A stretch of DNA of 64,000 bases from Nitrospirota bacterium (GTDB lineage Bacteria; Nitrospirota; UBA9217): assembly GCA_963845065.1 (NCBI GenBank), contig CAWJQQ010000007.1:1-64000 (forward strand). The letters run 5' to 3'. Positions 29,164-40,690 of the stretch are shown here, piece by piece (position 1 is the stretch's first letter; every line of letters starts with the position of its first letter). A model generated the notes under the pieces. It was not told the origin of the DNA. It saw only the letters and a program-made list of their open reading frames with translations, and did no database searches. The position numbers and the translations under genes were made by a program.

Positions 29164-29679
29164 CTATGGCACCATCGTAACAATTTCTTCTCTTGCAAAT
29201 CTTGACGTAGGCATAGGTATTTTAGCGGGAAAACCGACAGGAATGATAGAGATTGGCCGATAATTATGAGGGAGATCCAGAATTTCAAAAACGTCGAATT
29301 CGCTGAACGCACCGACCCACACTGTTCCGAGACCCATTGCATGCGCTGTAAGCATCATATTCATGATACTGGCTGAAACGTCTTGAATGCTGTAAAGGTT
29401 CACTCCGCGGTCGGCATACCGCGCAGATATTCTCCTGTCCAGACATGCAACGACCACGAGAGGTGCTTGGGCTATAAAGTTTTGATTCAGGGCCGCCTTC
29501 GCGAGTTTCAATTTTATGCCTTGGTTGAATACAAAATAAAACTTTCTGCTTTGCATATTGCCGGCAGAGGGCGCCCACCGGATTGACTCGATTAAGCCGT
29601 CTATGAGATCTTGCGGGATGTCCTGATCCTTGAAATCACGTATGCTGCGACGCTTAATAATGACATCAAGAATGTTCAT
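29164..29679 (-). CDS. Nitroreductase family protein
   Basis: RRSIRDF, WAPSAGNMQ, GLGTVWVG. Confidence 0.9.
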   Translation of the reverse strand: MNILDVIIKRRSIRDFKDQDIPQDLIDGLIESIRWAPSAGNMQSRKFYFVFNQGIKLKLAKAALNQNFIAQAPLVVVACLDRRISARYADRGVNLYSIQDVSASIMNMMLTAHAMGLGTVWVGAFSEFDVFEILDLPHNYRPISIIPVGFPAKIPMPTSRFAREEIVTMVP

Positions 29680-29792
29680 GGGGCCTCCCTGAATACTTCC
29701 CATTACTATACCACATGATCAATTTTTTTGTTGACTCCATGAACTCTTCGAGGTACTGCCTCAGTATATATCGCCGATGAGACTACCTTTCC

Positions 29793-30164
29793 ATGATAAT
29801 TAAATTGCAGGACCTTAAGACTATTAGCATGCAAGATGTGAATGCAGCAATACTTCGGAACGATCCCGCTGAACTTGAGCTCGTCTCTATAACTGTTGCG
29901 CTCTCAGATCTCGATATTTATTTTATACAATCAATCTGCATTGGGCTTACTACCCACAGCGACAGTATTGTGCGCGGGAATGCGCTTGTTAGTCTCGGAC
30001 ATCTTGCCAGGCGCTACTTTATGCTTGACGAACTGTCCATTAAGACGCTCATCGAGTCAGCACTCCTTGATTCTCATGATTATGTGCGATTGTGCGCCAA
30101 ATCTGCGGCCGACGAGATCCATCAGTTTCTTCACTGGGAAATTAGGGGGCATGTCTATGGTTGA
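29793..30164 (+). CDS. Hypothetical HEAT-repeat-like protein
   Basis: VRGNALVSLGHLAR ... ALLDSHDYVR. Confidence 0.6.
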   Translation: MIIKLQDLKTISMQDVNAAILRNDPAELELVSITVALSDLDIYFIQSICIGLTTHSDSIVRGNALVSLGHLARRYFMLDELSIKTLIESALLDSHDYVRLCAKSAADEIHQFLHWEIRGHVYG

Positions 30165-30268
30165 GGTCAAGGATTGTGTTCACTGGACCGATTGATCTTG
30201 CAAGAATCATAGCAGCGCCATGGAGTTTCGTCCCAACAACCATTAATGATTTCTCGCAAAAAGGCGCA

Positions 30269-30937
30269 ATGAAAAAACTTACAGATTATCTTGAACAATA
30301 CGCTCTTTTTTCAATGGAGAAACAAGACAAGCTGGCGAGAATTATTGGAGAACAGATACATCAACTTGACCTTGACGCTGGCGTCATCAGGTTTAGCCGA
30401 GACCTGGAGTTACAATTTCAGGTGCTCGGCACGGAATCAGACAATACCCTCACATGGCTATGGGCATGGGCCGAGGAACAAAGCGAAATTCCAGAGAACC
30501 TGATACAGACATCGTTGCAGCTCCGCGAATGGGGTGTGCACGAAGGGATCAGTGAATTTATGCTGCCCTCTGTCGATATTCATAAAACGGACGGTAATTC
30601 AATAGCATTAGTCTCTTCGCAAATTGCCAAGGCAAGCAGTTACTTTCGTGACAGCTACGAAGGCGGGGCTGCGTATCTTCTGATTTTTGACAAATCGATA
30701 GAGAACGAGCCGTCATTCGACCGGGCAAGCTTGTATCACCATCTGACGGAACTGCTTTCCCGCTATGAACTCAACCAAAGAAAAGTATTGATGTCCTACC
30801 TTGAGATGAAAGAGCTTTCCCCTGTGTCAAAAGACCTTCTGATCACCTGTGAGCTGGAAAATGGAGAACGAGTCAATGCCGAGTTTGATGATACGGGAAA
30901 ATTAGGGGTATGGAACGGTGAAGCAATTACCATGTAA
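30269..30937 (+). CDS. Hypothetical protein (DUF6882-like)
   Basis: FQVLGTES..TWLWAWA motif. Confidence 0.6.
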   Translation: MKKLTDYLEQYALFSMEKQDKLARIIGEQIHQLDLDAGVIRFSRDLELQFQVLGTESDNTLTWLWAWAEEQSEIPENLIQTSLQLREWGVHEGISEFMLPSVDIHKTDGNSIALVSSQIAKASSYFRDSYEGGAAYLLIFDKSIENEPSFDRASLYHHLTELLSRYELNQRKVLMSYLEMKELSPVSKDLLITCELENGERVNAEFDDTGKLGVWNGEAITM

Positions 30938-31200
30938 CTCTGAATGATAATCATTCAAAATTGATCATCGCATTACGTTCGCGAGTACTTCGGGGATATT
31001 CTACCAGTTGTTTTATACTCTATCAAGAACCTGTTAGATCATTATCAGCAGTAGAGTATCATCAAATAATTTTTTGAGTGGAACGTTGATGTCCCCTTGT
31101 TTCATTGAGAGCGAACTACCACAGAGTCCAGTTATGCCGATCATTTTGATAAAATGCGAAAGTGCTTACGAGAACAACAAACATACTGGGGGGGGATTTC

Positions 31201-31989
31201 ATGTCTTTATTGAACAACCTTGAAAGAAAATTCCGTCGTTGTGCCATTTCAAACATTACTCTGTATCTTATTCTCGGGCAGGCACTCTTCTTTGTCTTCG
31301 ATTTGTCAGGCCGTTTCATCTTGGATCAGGCCGTACTTATTCCGGCACTCGTTCTCGGTGGAGAATGGTGGCGGCTCATCACATTTCTGTTCATCCCTCC
31401 CATGACGAACCCAATATTCGCGTTCTTCGCCTGGTACCTATTTTACCTCATGGGCAATGCTCTCGAAGGACATTGGGGGGCGTTCCGATACAATCTTTTC
31501 CTCTTAATCGGATATCTCGTGACCGTCGCTGTGGCATTCCTTTACCCTTACGCGGCTGCTACTAACATATTCATTGGCGGTTCTGTATTCCTTGCGTTTG
31601 CCTATCTTTATCCCGATTTCCAACTCTATATTTTTTTTATAATACCGGTAAAGATTAAATGGTTGGCCCTGCTCACATGGATAGGCTATGCTTATGAGGT
31701 GATAGTCGGTTCCTGGAGTATGCGCCTTATCGTGCTCGCTTCGATCAGCAACTTCCTGCTGTTCTTCGGAAAAGATATTTTTTGGACGATTAAGACGGGG
31801 AACAGAAAGATGGTGTTCCAGGCCAGACAGTATACGACTGGACGGGAAGCATTTCACAAGTGCGCTGTTTGCGGCAAAACTGACATATCTGCCCCACAGA
31901 TGGAGTTTCGTTACTGTTCCGAATGTGGCGGTCTCGGGTACTGCAAGGACCACATCTTTAGCCATGATCACGTAAAAAAGATTTCTTGA
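31201..31989 (+). CDS. Rhomboid-like membrane protein with C-terminal Zn-finger
   Basis: GEWWRLITFLF, hydrophobic helices, HKCAVC..FRYCSEC..YCKDH. Confidence 0.7.
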   Translation: MSLLNNLERKFRRCAISNITLYLILGQALFFVFDLSGRFILDQAVLIPALVLGGEWWRLITFLFIPPMTNPIFAFFAWYLFYLMGNALEGHWGAFRYNLFLLIGYLVTVAVAFLYPYAAATNIFIGGSVFLAFAYLYPDFQLYIFFIIPVKIKWLALLTWIGYAYEVIVGSWSMRLIVLASISNFLLFFGKDIFWTIKTGNRKMVFQARQYTTGREAFHKCAVCGKTDISAPQMEFRYCSECGGLGYCKDHIFSHDHVKKIS

Positions 31990-32247
31990 AATACTTGAAC
32001 GTGGGAACTTTGATTAAAACACATATGTTCAGGAATCATTTTTTTAATTTTTCTCCAGGTCCTGTGCGCCTGACGTCGCAGACTTAGCATCCATGAACAA
32101 TGTGCCCCCAAAATAGGTAAGTATGCGAATTGCTTCTGGAAAAGTTTTCGCTCATTTCCTTACGAAACGTCTGACATTATATTTTAATAAGCAGTGAAGG
32201 TAATGACAATTTTTTGCACGGTCAGGACCTTTTGATTCTCCAAGATT

Positions 32248-32535
32248 ATGAATGATGCAGTTGAACAACCCATTAACGGAACACTTGACTTGCACACCTT
32301 TCAACCTGGTGAGATAAAAGACCTCTTGCCGGAATATCTTATGGAATGCAGAAATCACGGCATTCTTCAGGTGCGCATCATTCACGGTAAAGGGACCGGA
32401 ACACTCCGGAGGACCGTGATGTCAATACTGGAGAAACTGCCGTACATTGATTCAATCAGAACTGCAGGGGAAGATGCTGGAGGATGGGGTGCGACGATTG
32501 TTACACTGAGAATGCAAGAGCGGGGATCTGGTTAG
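32248..32535 (+). CDS. Smr/MutS2 domain protein
   Basis: LDLHTF, VRIIHGKGTGTLR, GGWGAT. Confidence 0.9.
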   Translation: MNDAVEQPINGTLDLHTFQPGEIKDLLPEYLMECRNHGILQVRIIHGKGTGTLRRTVMSILEKLPYIDSIRTAGEDAGGWGATIVTLRMQERGSG

Positions 32536-32667
32536 ACTCGGATGAACGGACATTACGCGAAACACTTTGCTTTTTCTAGATGACTTATTGGTTTACTAGT
32601 TTTTGTTGATATGGTGGATTGCATTGGTTTGGCCGAATAATTAAGGCAGGGTCAATGTCCCCCTGCC

Positions 32668-34140
32668 TTACGAAGTGGTTAATGTGTTTCTTCTGGGAAT
32701 CTTCAGCCTTTGACCGATTCTAAGCAATCTTCCTGAATTGAGCCTGTTCACCTCAAGGATTCTCTGTGTGCTCGTCCGATAGCGAAGCGCAATGAGGGAC
32801 AAAGTCTCGCCGCGCCGTACACGATGGACGACGAATTCCACCTTCGGCGGCGACCATTTTGGCATCTGGTCGAGGCTCGCCAGCACCTCTTCTCCTTTGC
32901 CCGGAGGCACTCGAAGAGCGTACAGGGTATTCGGCGTGGCATCACGTCGCAATTCTGGGTTGAGAGCCGTAATGTCTTCCACTTCAATGCCGAGTTTGTC
33001 CGCAATCGTGCTCAAGTGCACCGGCCGGCCGATTGTCACTGTTTCATAGGACAGGGGCTTGTCGGGTTCGTTGAGCGTAAATCCGTATTTAGCTGGGTCA
33101 TTGATGATCGCCAATACAGCAAGGAACCGAGGGAAATAGCGCGACGTTTCCTGCGGGAGCTGCCCATAGAAATCCCAAAAACTATCCAGGTAATTAATCT
33201 TTTGCTCTCGTATTACCCTTGCTACTGAACCCTCTCCACAGTTGTACGCGGCGAGGACCGTCGCCCAGTCTCCGAACATCTGGTGGAGTTCTTTAAAATA
33301 GGCAATTGCAGCAGACGTAGATTTTTCAGGATCGAGCCGTTCGTCGATCCAGTCATTTCTCTTGAGACCAAACTTGTACCCCGTCGACGGTATGAACTGC
33401 CACAGACCTAATGCGCGCGACCGAGACATTGCCTTAGTTTTGAAGCCGCTTTCGATAAGCGGAAGCCACGAAAGCTCCTCGGGAAGGCCTGCATCCTTCA
33501 ATGCCTTTATCATTGCGCCGCGATATCTGCCCGAGCGTGCATAGGAGTCCAGGAAGAAATCTCGTTCCAGGGTCTGGAATGACTGTATCTCACGCTCGAC
33601 GTGATCATTTACTACCATGGGAATTGCTTTATGGTTCCCTTTCACGGTAGTCTGGCGGGATGCGTAAAGCTCCATGATTTTTTTGGAGATCATAAACCTA
33701 AGATCGTCCTTTTGCTGGGCAAGTTTCGGGTTATTGGGGACCTTGAGAATAAGGGCATAGGCCTGGTCAAGTGATTCGATCGCTTTATCTATGTCATTGT
33801 CTTTCCAATAAGCCTGCGAAGTGTCGGTAAGTTCCAAGGCTGTGTCGAGTAGTGCTTGGTCGTCATCGACCGGCTCTTTCTTTGCAATTTCTGTACTGTT
33901 GTCATTCTGGTTCTGCAAAGCATTATCTGTTGATGGCGAATCGTACGTTTCCTGATTGACATCAATACTGTAATAAACTGACTCGTCGGATGTAATTGTC
34001 TGCAGTGAATATAATGATTCAGAGGGGGCACATACAATGCCTACTTGGGAAGGCATTGATTTGTGAGCACAGCCTGTGAACACTAAAGAAGCTGAACAGA
34101 AGAAAATGCAGAGGATTAATGAGTTATAAGATGATTTCAT
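32668..34140 (-). CDS. Lytic transglycosylase with LysM domain (MltD-like)
   Basis: LPLIESGF, GLWQFIPSTG, LAAYNCGEG, HRVRRGETLSLIA. Confidence 0.9.
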   Translation of the reverse strand: MKSSYNSLILCIFFCSASLVFTGCAHKSMPSQVGIVCAPSESLYSLQTITSDESVYYSIDVNQETYDSPSTDNALQNQNDNSTEIAKKEPVDDDQALLDTALELTDTSQAYWKDNDIDKAIESLDQAYALILKVPNNPKLAQQKDDLRFMISKKIMELYASRQTTVKGNHKAIPMVVNDHVEREIQSFQTLERDFFLDSYARSGRYRGAMIKALKDAGLPEELSWLPLIESGFKTKAMSRSRALGLWQFIPSTGYKFGLKRNDWIDERLDPEKSTSAAIAYFKELHQMFGDWATVLAAYNCGEGSVARVIREQKINYLDSFWDFYGQLPQETSRYFPRFLAVLAIINDPAKYGFTLNEPDKPLSYETVTIGRPVHLSTIADKLGIEVEDITALNPELRRDATPNTLYALRVPPGKGEEVLASLDQMPKWSPPKVEFVVHRVRRGETLSLIALRYRTSTQRILEVNRLNSGRLLRIGQRLKIPRRNTLTTS

Positions 34141-34529
34141 AATAATTAGTCCGCATATTATACGATAAACGAAAAAAAAGCAAAACAAATCATGAAACAA
34201 CCATCATTTTTTATACCATGTGAGGAACGATAGCCATTTGACAATGAACTGTCTTTATTATTGTATTAATCAAAAAGATGTATGATCATGCTTATTCAGG
34301 TTTAAACCGATTATCTGCACAGATATGCAACTTAATCAGAATATTGTCCTGAATTACCTCTATAGTTCAGTTATTATGATCAATGGCGAGGTTTAATATC
34401 ACTGGAATTCGCAGGATGCGATAGCGGAAACAACAGTCCAAGGATGGATGAGAAGCCTCGGGCACCGAAAGAACATCTTGACACAGTACTTCCAGAAAGA
34501 GGGTATAGGAGTGGTTATTTCACCCGATG

Positions 34530-36018
34530 TTGACATCCTCCCCGACCTGACGGACGTGGATTCCCGAATCAGGCTCTCCTACTACTGAGGGCCAATGCTG
34601 ATTCTGTTTTCGGATGCGGCAGAGATGTTTGCCACGTACCCGGTTCATGGGCTGATGCTGCTGGCCTGGTATTTCTCCAGGCGAACCGGTTGACCGAAGG
34701 CTGTGCCAAACAGCCACTACTCCAGGAGACACCTTTGTGTTCCGGGAGATACTTTTTAAGAATGTTGATTGCTCCGTTCACGTCAGCATGGATTACGGCG
34801 CCGCAATGCTTGCAAACATAGAGGCCACGATGCACACGGCTGGCCTTATCCCTTGTGTTGCATACACAGCAGGTCTGGCTCGTGTAGTGCTCCTTTTCTT
34901 CTACAACGCGGATGCCTTTGAGTCTGGCTTTGTACGTAAGCATCCTGACGATCCGGTCAAACGGCCATTTATGGAACTGCTGGTTTCCGCTCTTTCCCCA
35001 ATCTTTGCCTTCTCTGATGTCCTTCAGGTCCCCCACGATGATCGTGGAGACACCGCGAGCTTCTGCATCGCGGACAAGGGATTTGGTAAAGCTGTGGAGC
35101 AGGTGGGAACGCTGACGAGACCGTTTCTGGTTCAACGCACCTGATTTCCGGGACTTGCTGTTGGTCGTCTTTGACTTTTGCATTTCAAAGTACCGCTCGA
35201 GAGCGGCCAACTCACCACCTGGCCAAAGGGAGGTGCTTCCATCCGTGCATGCCGTGGCGGCCAGATACTTCATACCCAAGTCAAGTGCCATCGTTTCCCC
35301 TTCTCCTTTCAATACGGGGAGCGTTATCTTATAGACCAGGTGGACAAACCACATGCCTTTATCATGTACCAGACGGCCTATCTGGACATTGTCCTCGGTA
35401 AGACGTGTGCCGTTAGGAAGGCGAAGCTTCAGAAAGAGAAATTGTTTTCCGTAGATGTCCTTCGGGATGCTGAGGCGCACCGTGGAGGTACGCTCATTCC
35501 ACGTGACGGCTCTTTGTTTGAATGTCACTGTTGACAGATCAGTTTTTCGTCTGAAACCCAGGGGTTGGCTTTCCTATCGCCTTTCTTACGGAGCGCAAAC
35601 CATGATTGATGGTACTGCCGAAGCTCTTCCAGGATTGCCTGAGAGCTCTGGGAGTGCAGCCGGCGATACCAGAGCGGATGCTCTTGTTTAAGAGCGACAT
35701 CAAGCTCGGGGTAGGTAGGGATTTTCCCTGTGCCCGCCCAGACTTTCCTGGTATGCCATACCGCGGTGTTCCAAAGTTTCGTTGCGGAAAAACCAAGCAG
35801 CCCGAGCGATAGAGCGGTGCTGTCGTCCGTTACCAATGCTTTACCAACGACAGTCATGGCTTGTACAGAGGAATCTTGGGCTGAATCAGACATGAAGGCA
35901 ATTACATCAGGCAGGTGAACTTTTGTCAATGTCTGATCAGGAACAGCAATTCCTTGTATGCTTCGCTACAAGCGCCTTATATCCCCGTCCTTACGGACGG
36001 CGTCTTACGGCGCGTAAG
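34530..36018 (-). mobile_element. IS200/IS605-family tnpB-only (IS1341-like) element
   Basis: Left-end hairpin follows TTTAT; right end ..GGGGAGGATGTCAA; no target duplication. Confidence 0.85.
34569..35929 (-). pseudogene. tnpB: TnpB, frameshifted near 35563
   Basis: RuvC motifs ALDLG, VGDL and ADVNGAINI; Zn finger TSQTCCVC..CKHC; expected ANP(P)GFRRK is broken by a 1-bp loss. Confidence 0.85.
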
Positions 36019-36052
36019 ATAAAGCTTACATTACCCAGAATTTTTGCTGAAC

Positions 36053-36436
36053 TTACCCCTTCCAGGCAACAAAATCTATCTCAATAGCCACGTCTTTCGG
36101 TAGATTCGAGACTTCAACAGTGGCCCGGGCCGGAGGATCTGATGGAAAGTATCCTCCATAGATTTCGTTTACAGCTGCGAAATCAGCTATGTTCTTAAGA
36201 TAGATTGTCGACTTAACAACGTTCAGCATGCTGCATCCAGCTGCCAATAAAATTGATTTGGCATTTTCCATTACCAATCGCGCCTGAGCACGAATATCCC
36301 TCTGAAGAACACTCCCTGATTTTGGGTCAACAGGTATCTGACCTGAAACGAAGACAAACCCGCCGGCATCTATAGCCTGTGAATAGGGTCCAATAGCCTG
36401 TGGAGCATCTGTAGTTTTAACAATTTTACGCAGCAT
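36053..36436 (-). CDS. ridA: RidA family enamine deaminase
   Basis: APQAIGPYSQA, FVSGQIP, PARATVEV. Confidence 0.92.
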   Translation of the reverse strand: MLRKIVKTTDAPQAIGPYSQAIDAGGFVFVSGQIPVDPKSGSVLQRDIRAQARLVMENAKSILLAAGCSMLNVVKSTIYLKNIADFAAVNEIYGGYFPSDPPARATVEVSNLPKDVAIEIDFVAWKG

Positions 36437-36649
36437 CGTAGCCTCCAGTTAAACATTAATAATAGATTATAAATATATAATATCATTATATAAAATAAAC
36501 TTAAAGTAAACCATTATGTTGAGAAGATGAAGGTAGTGATAGTATAGCCAATATTTTGACTTAATGTATGAAATGTAATTCTATTAATTGCTATTGGAAT
36601 TACCATTGGTAAGGCTCGATAAGATTATTAGGAGTTGCTCGTCTAGAAA

Positions 36650-38797
36650 CTATCCGGTCTTTACCCGCTTGACGTCTACGACGCCCTTTATTCCTTCAAT
36701 GTTCTTAAGAATCTTATTTAGGTGTTCTACATCTTTAATGTCTATAGTGAAATTTAGCGTGGCTTGCCGGTCTTCTCCGGTAATCACTTCGGCATGTGTG
36801 ATATTTGCCTCTGCGGCGCTTATTGATGATGATACGCTTGCAAGAAGACCTGGTTTATCCTGGGATTTCACCGATATTTTAACAGCATGGGCGGCTGTCT
36901 GTAAATCTCCCCAAGAAACGTCTACGAGCCTGTCCTTGTCAAACGTAAGCTCCCCCACGTTAGAGCAGTCGGCCGTATGAATCGATACTCCCCTTCCACG
37001 CGTGATAAAGCCGATAACTTTGTCGCCTGGTACAGGATTACAGCACTTGGATAAGTGAATGAGCATATTGTCCATACCGCTGATTTTCATTGCGCCACTT
37101 GATGGTTTTTCATGCCTCTGAAGTGGCTTTTTGGGGGGAGGCTCAATATGCGATTTTTCCGGGGACAGTTTGTTCGCTACTAAATGAGCCGAAACCTTGC
37201 CATAACCTATGGCTGCAAGCAGATCATCGAGGGTATTGTGGGACATCTCATTAGCCAAATGAATAAGGTCTTCTGACTTGAATATTTTGGACGGGTTGAG
37301 ATCGTGCTTCTTGAGCTCTTTTTCCAGAAGTTCCTTGCCTAGCAGGATGCTTCTTCTTCTCTCTTCGGCCTTGAGCCAAGCCTTGATCCTCGTCCGAGCC
37401 TTCGACGTTTTGACGAATTTGAGCCAGTCACGACTCGGTGTATGACCGGTCTGGGTAATAACTTCAATCTTGTCGCCATTGCGCAGGATATGTTTCAATG
37501 GGACGATCCTACCGTTGACCTTTGCACCCACGCACTGATGGCCGATATCAGTATGGACGCTGTAGGCAAAATCGACAGGCGTCGAGCCCTGTGGAAGCTC
37601 TTTTACGTCTCCCCGCGGGGTGAAAACGTAGACCATGTCGGGAAATAGGTCTCCCTTGACCGTTTCCATGAACTCTTTGGCATCAGGGAGGTCTCGCTGC
37701 CATTCCATGAGCTGACGGAGCCAGGCAAACTGCTGTTCTTCGCGCTGGCTGATGGCCGATTTCTCCTTATACCGCCAATGCGCGGCGATGCCTTCCTCAG
37801 CCAGCCGATGCATCTCCTCTGTGCGTATCTGGAATTCTACTCGTTCGCCCTTCGGCCCAATGACCGTGGTGTGAAGCGACTGGTACAGATTAGACTTGGG
37901 AACACCGATGAAGTCCTTGAAGCGGCCGGGCACGGGTGTCCAGAGGGAATGAATAAGGCCGAGGATAGCGTAGCAGTTTACCTTAGTATCGGTAATGATC
38001 CGGATCGCAATCAGGTCGTACACATCCTCGAAGGAAATCCCCTGCTTAAGCATTTTAAGGTATATACTGTAAAAATGCTTGGGACGGCCTTTAACCTCGC
38101 CTTTGTATCCGTGCTCAGCGAGCTGTCTTTTCATCACATCTATGAGGTCATTGATGTACGTTTCACGCTCAATACGTCGCTGGTTGATCTTCCTGCTGAG
38201 TTCGTCGTATGCCTCTCGGTTCAAGTACATAAACGAGAGATCTTCCAGTTCGGTTTTGATCTTAGAAATTCCGAGACGGTTTGCAAGCGGAGCATAGATA
38301 TCGAGTGTCTCCTGGGCAATGCGTTTCTGTTTTTCCGGAGGGAGCGATTTTAGTGTGCGCATGTTGTGGAGACGGTCCGCGAGTTTGATGAGAATGACAC
38401 GGATATCTTTGGCCATGGCTACTACCATTTTGCGGAAATTTTCGGCCTCCCGCTGCTCTCGGCTTTGGAGCTCCATCCTGGACAACTTAGTCATGCCATC
38501 CACGAGCATAGAAACCTCGGGACCGAACACTGCTGTTATCTCATCAAGTGTGGTATTGGTATCTTCTATGGTATCATGCAGAAGGCTGGCGGTCACGGTT
38601 GCGGCGTCGAGTTTAAGACTGGCGATTATGGCAGCAACTTCTATGGGATGGTTCAGATATGCTTCGCCGGAGAGGCGAGTTTGTCCTTGGTGGACCTTTG
38701 CAGAAAAGATGTAAGCGCGCCGTATCGGATCCACGTCCGCGTCGGGGTGGTAGGTTTGTATCCGCTCGACTATGTCTTCAAGGCGAACCGCAGGCAT
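36650..38797 (-). CDS. relA: Bifunctional (p)ppGpp synthetase/hydrolase (Rel/SpoT)
   Basis: HD domain LLHDTIED, KLADRLHN, YQSLHT, TGS and ACT domains. Confidence 0.95.
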   Translation of the reverse strand: MPAVRLEDIVERIQTYHPDADVDPIRRAYIFSAKVHQGQTRLSGEAYLNHPIEVAAIIASLKLDAATVTASLLHDTIEDTNTTLDEITAVFGPEVSMLVDGMTKLSRMELQSREQREAENFRKMVVAMAKDIRVILIKLADRLHNMRTLKSLPPEKQKRIAQETLDIYAPLANRLGISKIKTELEDLSFMYLNREAYDELSRKINQRRIERETYINDLIDVMKRQLAEHGYKGEVKGRPKHFYSIYLKMLKQGISFEDVYDLIAIRIITDTKVNCYAILGLIHSLWTPVPGRFKDFIGVPKSNLYQSLHTTVIGPKGERVEFQIRTEEMHRLAEEGIAAHWRYKEKSAISQREEQQFAWLRQLMEWQRDLPDAKEFMETVKGDLFPDMVYVFTPRGDVKELPQGSTPVDFAYSVHTDIGHQCVGAKVNGRIVPLKHILRNGDKIEVITQTGHTPSRDWLKFVKTSKARTRIKAWLKAEERRRSILLGKELLEKELKKHDLNPSKIFKSEDLIHLANEMSHNTLDDLLAAIGYGKVSAHLVANKLSPEKSHIEPPPKKPLQRHEKPSSGAMKISGMDNMLIHLSKCCNPVPGDKVIGFITRGRGVSIHTADCSNVGELTFDKDRLVDVSWGDLQTAAHAVKISVKSQDKPGLLASVSSSISAAEANITHAEVITGEDRQATLNFTIDIKDVEHLNKILKNIEGIKGVVDVKRVKTG

Positions 38798-38833
38798 AAT
38801 GACCCTCAAACTCGCAATGCAAGAGGCAAAACT

Positions 38834-40606
38834 TCATTTATCTGTCTTAATGTCCCGTATCTCCAGCTGGACCGTTGTCGTTCCGTTCCAAACATTAATG
38901 CGGGGCGTGAACACGGCTGCCAGCCGGGCGCCATCCCTCACCTGCTTGCCCAGCATACTGCCCAGATTAAAGGCAATGGCTCCTACAGCTGCTCCTGATC
39001 CCTGTTTCAGGCGAAGCTTGAGGTGATTGTTGCCGACAATTCGGGATGAAACTACTTCAAGACCTCGTGTCCCGAGCCGCGGCTCCGGATTGCCTTGCCC
39101 GAAGGGAGCGAGCTTCTCCATTTCCCGCACGAGATCCATGGTCAACTCATCGAGCGTTACGGTGCCATCTACGCATAATAAACGAATAAAGCCCTGCGAT
39201 CCAACGCTCTCCATCACTAAGGCACTTAAACGTTCGCGGAATAGAGATATATTTTGCGGCGTTATGGTAAATCCCGCAGCATATCTGTGTCCGCCGAACC
39301 CAATAAGGAGGTCTCTGCAGTTACAAAGTCCTTCGTAGATATCAAAGCCGTGTATGCTTCTGGCTGATCCTTTTCCTATGCCATTTTGTATGGAGATGAG
39401 TGCTGTAGGGCGATAAAACTCCTCAACGATCCTCGAAGAAACAATTCCAATGACTCCGGGGTGCCAGTCATCAGACGACAGCACAATAGCTCCGACTGTA
39501 GAAATATCCGTTCGTAGACATTGTTGCCTTGCATTATTCCAGATGCATTCTTCGATGGTCTGACGCTCCTTATTCACTGCATCAAGTGCTGACGCCAGTT
39601 GCCCGGCCTCTTCAAGAGAGTCCGTCGTGAGCAGACGGAAGGCCATATCGGCCCTTTCAAGTCTGCCGCTCGCATTGATACGCGGGGCTATGGTAAACCC
39701 GACTGTGCCGACGCTAATTTTTTTGCCATGAAGCCCCGTTACCTGTTTTAATGCTGCAATACCAGGTCTCTGAGACGGCAGACTCGAGGATAGTACTTCC
39801 AGTCCGTGTCTGATCAGGATCCTGTTTTCGCCTATGACTTTGCCGACATCCGCCACTGTCCCGAGAGTCACGAGGTCGAGATAGGGTCTGAGGTGCTCGT
39901 CATCGGCATTTGAATCCAGAAGCGCTTGTGCGAATTTAAAGGCGATGCCAACGCCAGTCAATCCGCTTACTGACAGGCGGTCTTCCGCAGATGACCCGAG
40001 TGTTACCAACACCGGATGAAGGATTGCTAGGGCATCGGGCAGAATAAAATCATTGAAGGCAGCTGGGCTGCTGGAACCGTTTAAACCATCAGAAGAATTG
40101 AGTTCGTGGTGATCGGTAATGATCAAATCTAACCCAAGGGTACGTGCAGTTACCGCTTCCTTAAAAGCGGTAATACCACAGTCAACGGTTATGACCAATG
40201 ATGTACCAGATTCCCTTAGAATTGTGAGGGCGGCTGCATTCAGTCCATAGCCCTCGGATATGCGGTCAGGGATATAACTGCGAACATTCGCACCAAGCCC
40301 CTTAAGCACGAGATACAAGAGAGCAGTTCCCGTAACTCCGTCGACATCATAGTCACCGAATATAACAATATTCTCATTCGCTGCTATCGCTGTTCTGACC
40401 CGGTTTACTGCCCTGTCCATATGGCAGTACATTCCTGGGTCGGATACCGTCGACAGATCACAAGACAGAAAGGACTTCGCTGCAGCAGGGTCGGAAATTC
40501 CCCGATTGACCATCAATCGTGCAACGAGCGGGTGGAGCCCTGTCTGGTTAGAAATTGTGTCCGCAATGTGGGAATCAGACTCTGTGAGGACCCATTTCAT
40601 ACTCAT
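38834..40606 (-). CDS. recJ: ssDNA exonuclease RecJ
   Basis: GDYDVDG, TVDCG, TDHH, GSARS, GGHRYAAG. Confidence 0.95.
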   Translation of the reverse strand: MSMKWVLTESDSHIADTISNQTGLHPLVARLMVNRGISDPAAAKSFLSCDLSTVSDPGMYCHMDRAVNRVRTAIAANENIVIFGDYDVDGVTGTALLYLVLKGLGANVRSYIPDRISEGYGLNAAALTILRESGTSLVITVDCGITAFKEAVTARTLGLDLIITDHHELNSSDGLNGSSSPAAFNDFILPDALAILHPVLVTLGSSAEDRLSVSGLTGVGIAFKFAQALLDSNADDEHLRPYLDLVTLGTVADVGKVIGENRILIRHGLEVLSSSLPSQRPGIAALKQVTGLHGKKISVGTVGFTIAPRINASGRLERADMAFRLLTTDSLEEAGQLASALDAVNKERQTIEECIWNNARQQCLRTDISTVGAIVLSSDDWHPGVIGIVSSRIVEEFYRPTALISIQNGIGKGSARSIHGFDIYEGLCNCRDLLIGFGGHRYAAGFTITPQNISLFRERLSALVMESVGSQGFIRLLCVDGTVTLDELTMDLVREMEKLAPFGQGNPEPRLGTRGLEVVSSRIVGNNHLKLRLKQGSGAAVGAIAFNLGSMLGKQVRDGARLAAVFTPRINVWNGTTTVQLEIRDIKTDK

Positions 40607-40690
40607 GGCTACGCCTTCATACTTTATCGCCGTTACATTTCTTTGCCGTTTCATTGGGAGAATCCGAAAGGCTTTTTTTAAAAAATCTAA

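Larger units (their letters stand above)
34420..36050 (+). pseudogene. CAP/SCP-domain gene remnant interrupted by the TnpB element
   Basis: GWMRSLGHRKNIL..EGIGVVISPD | DKAYITQNFC* rejoins in frame across 34529/36019. Confidence 0.75.
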
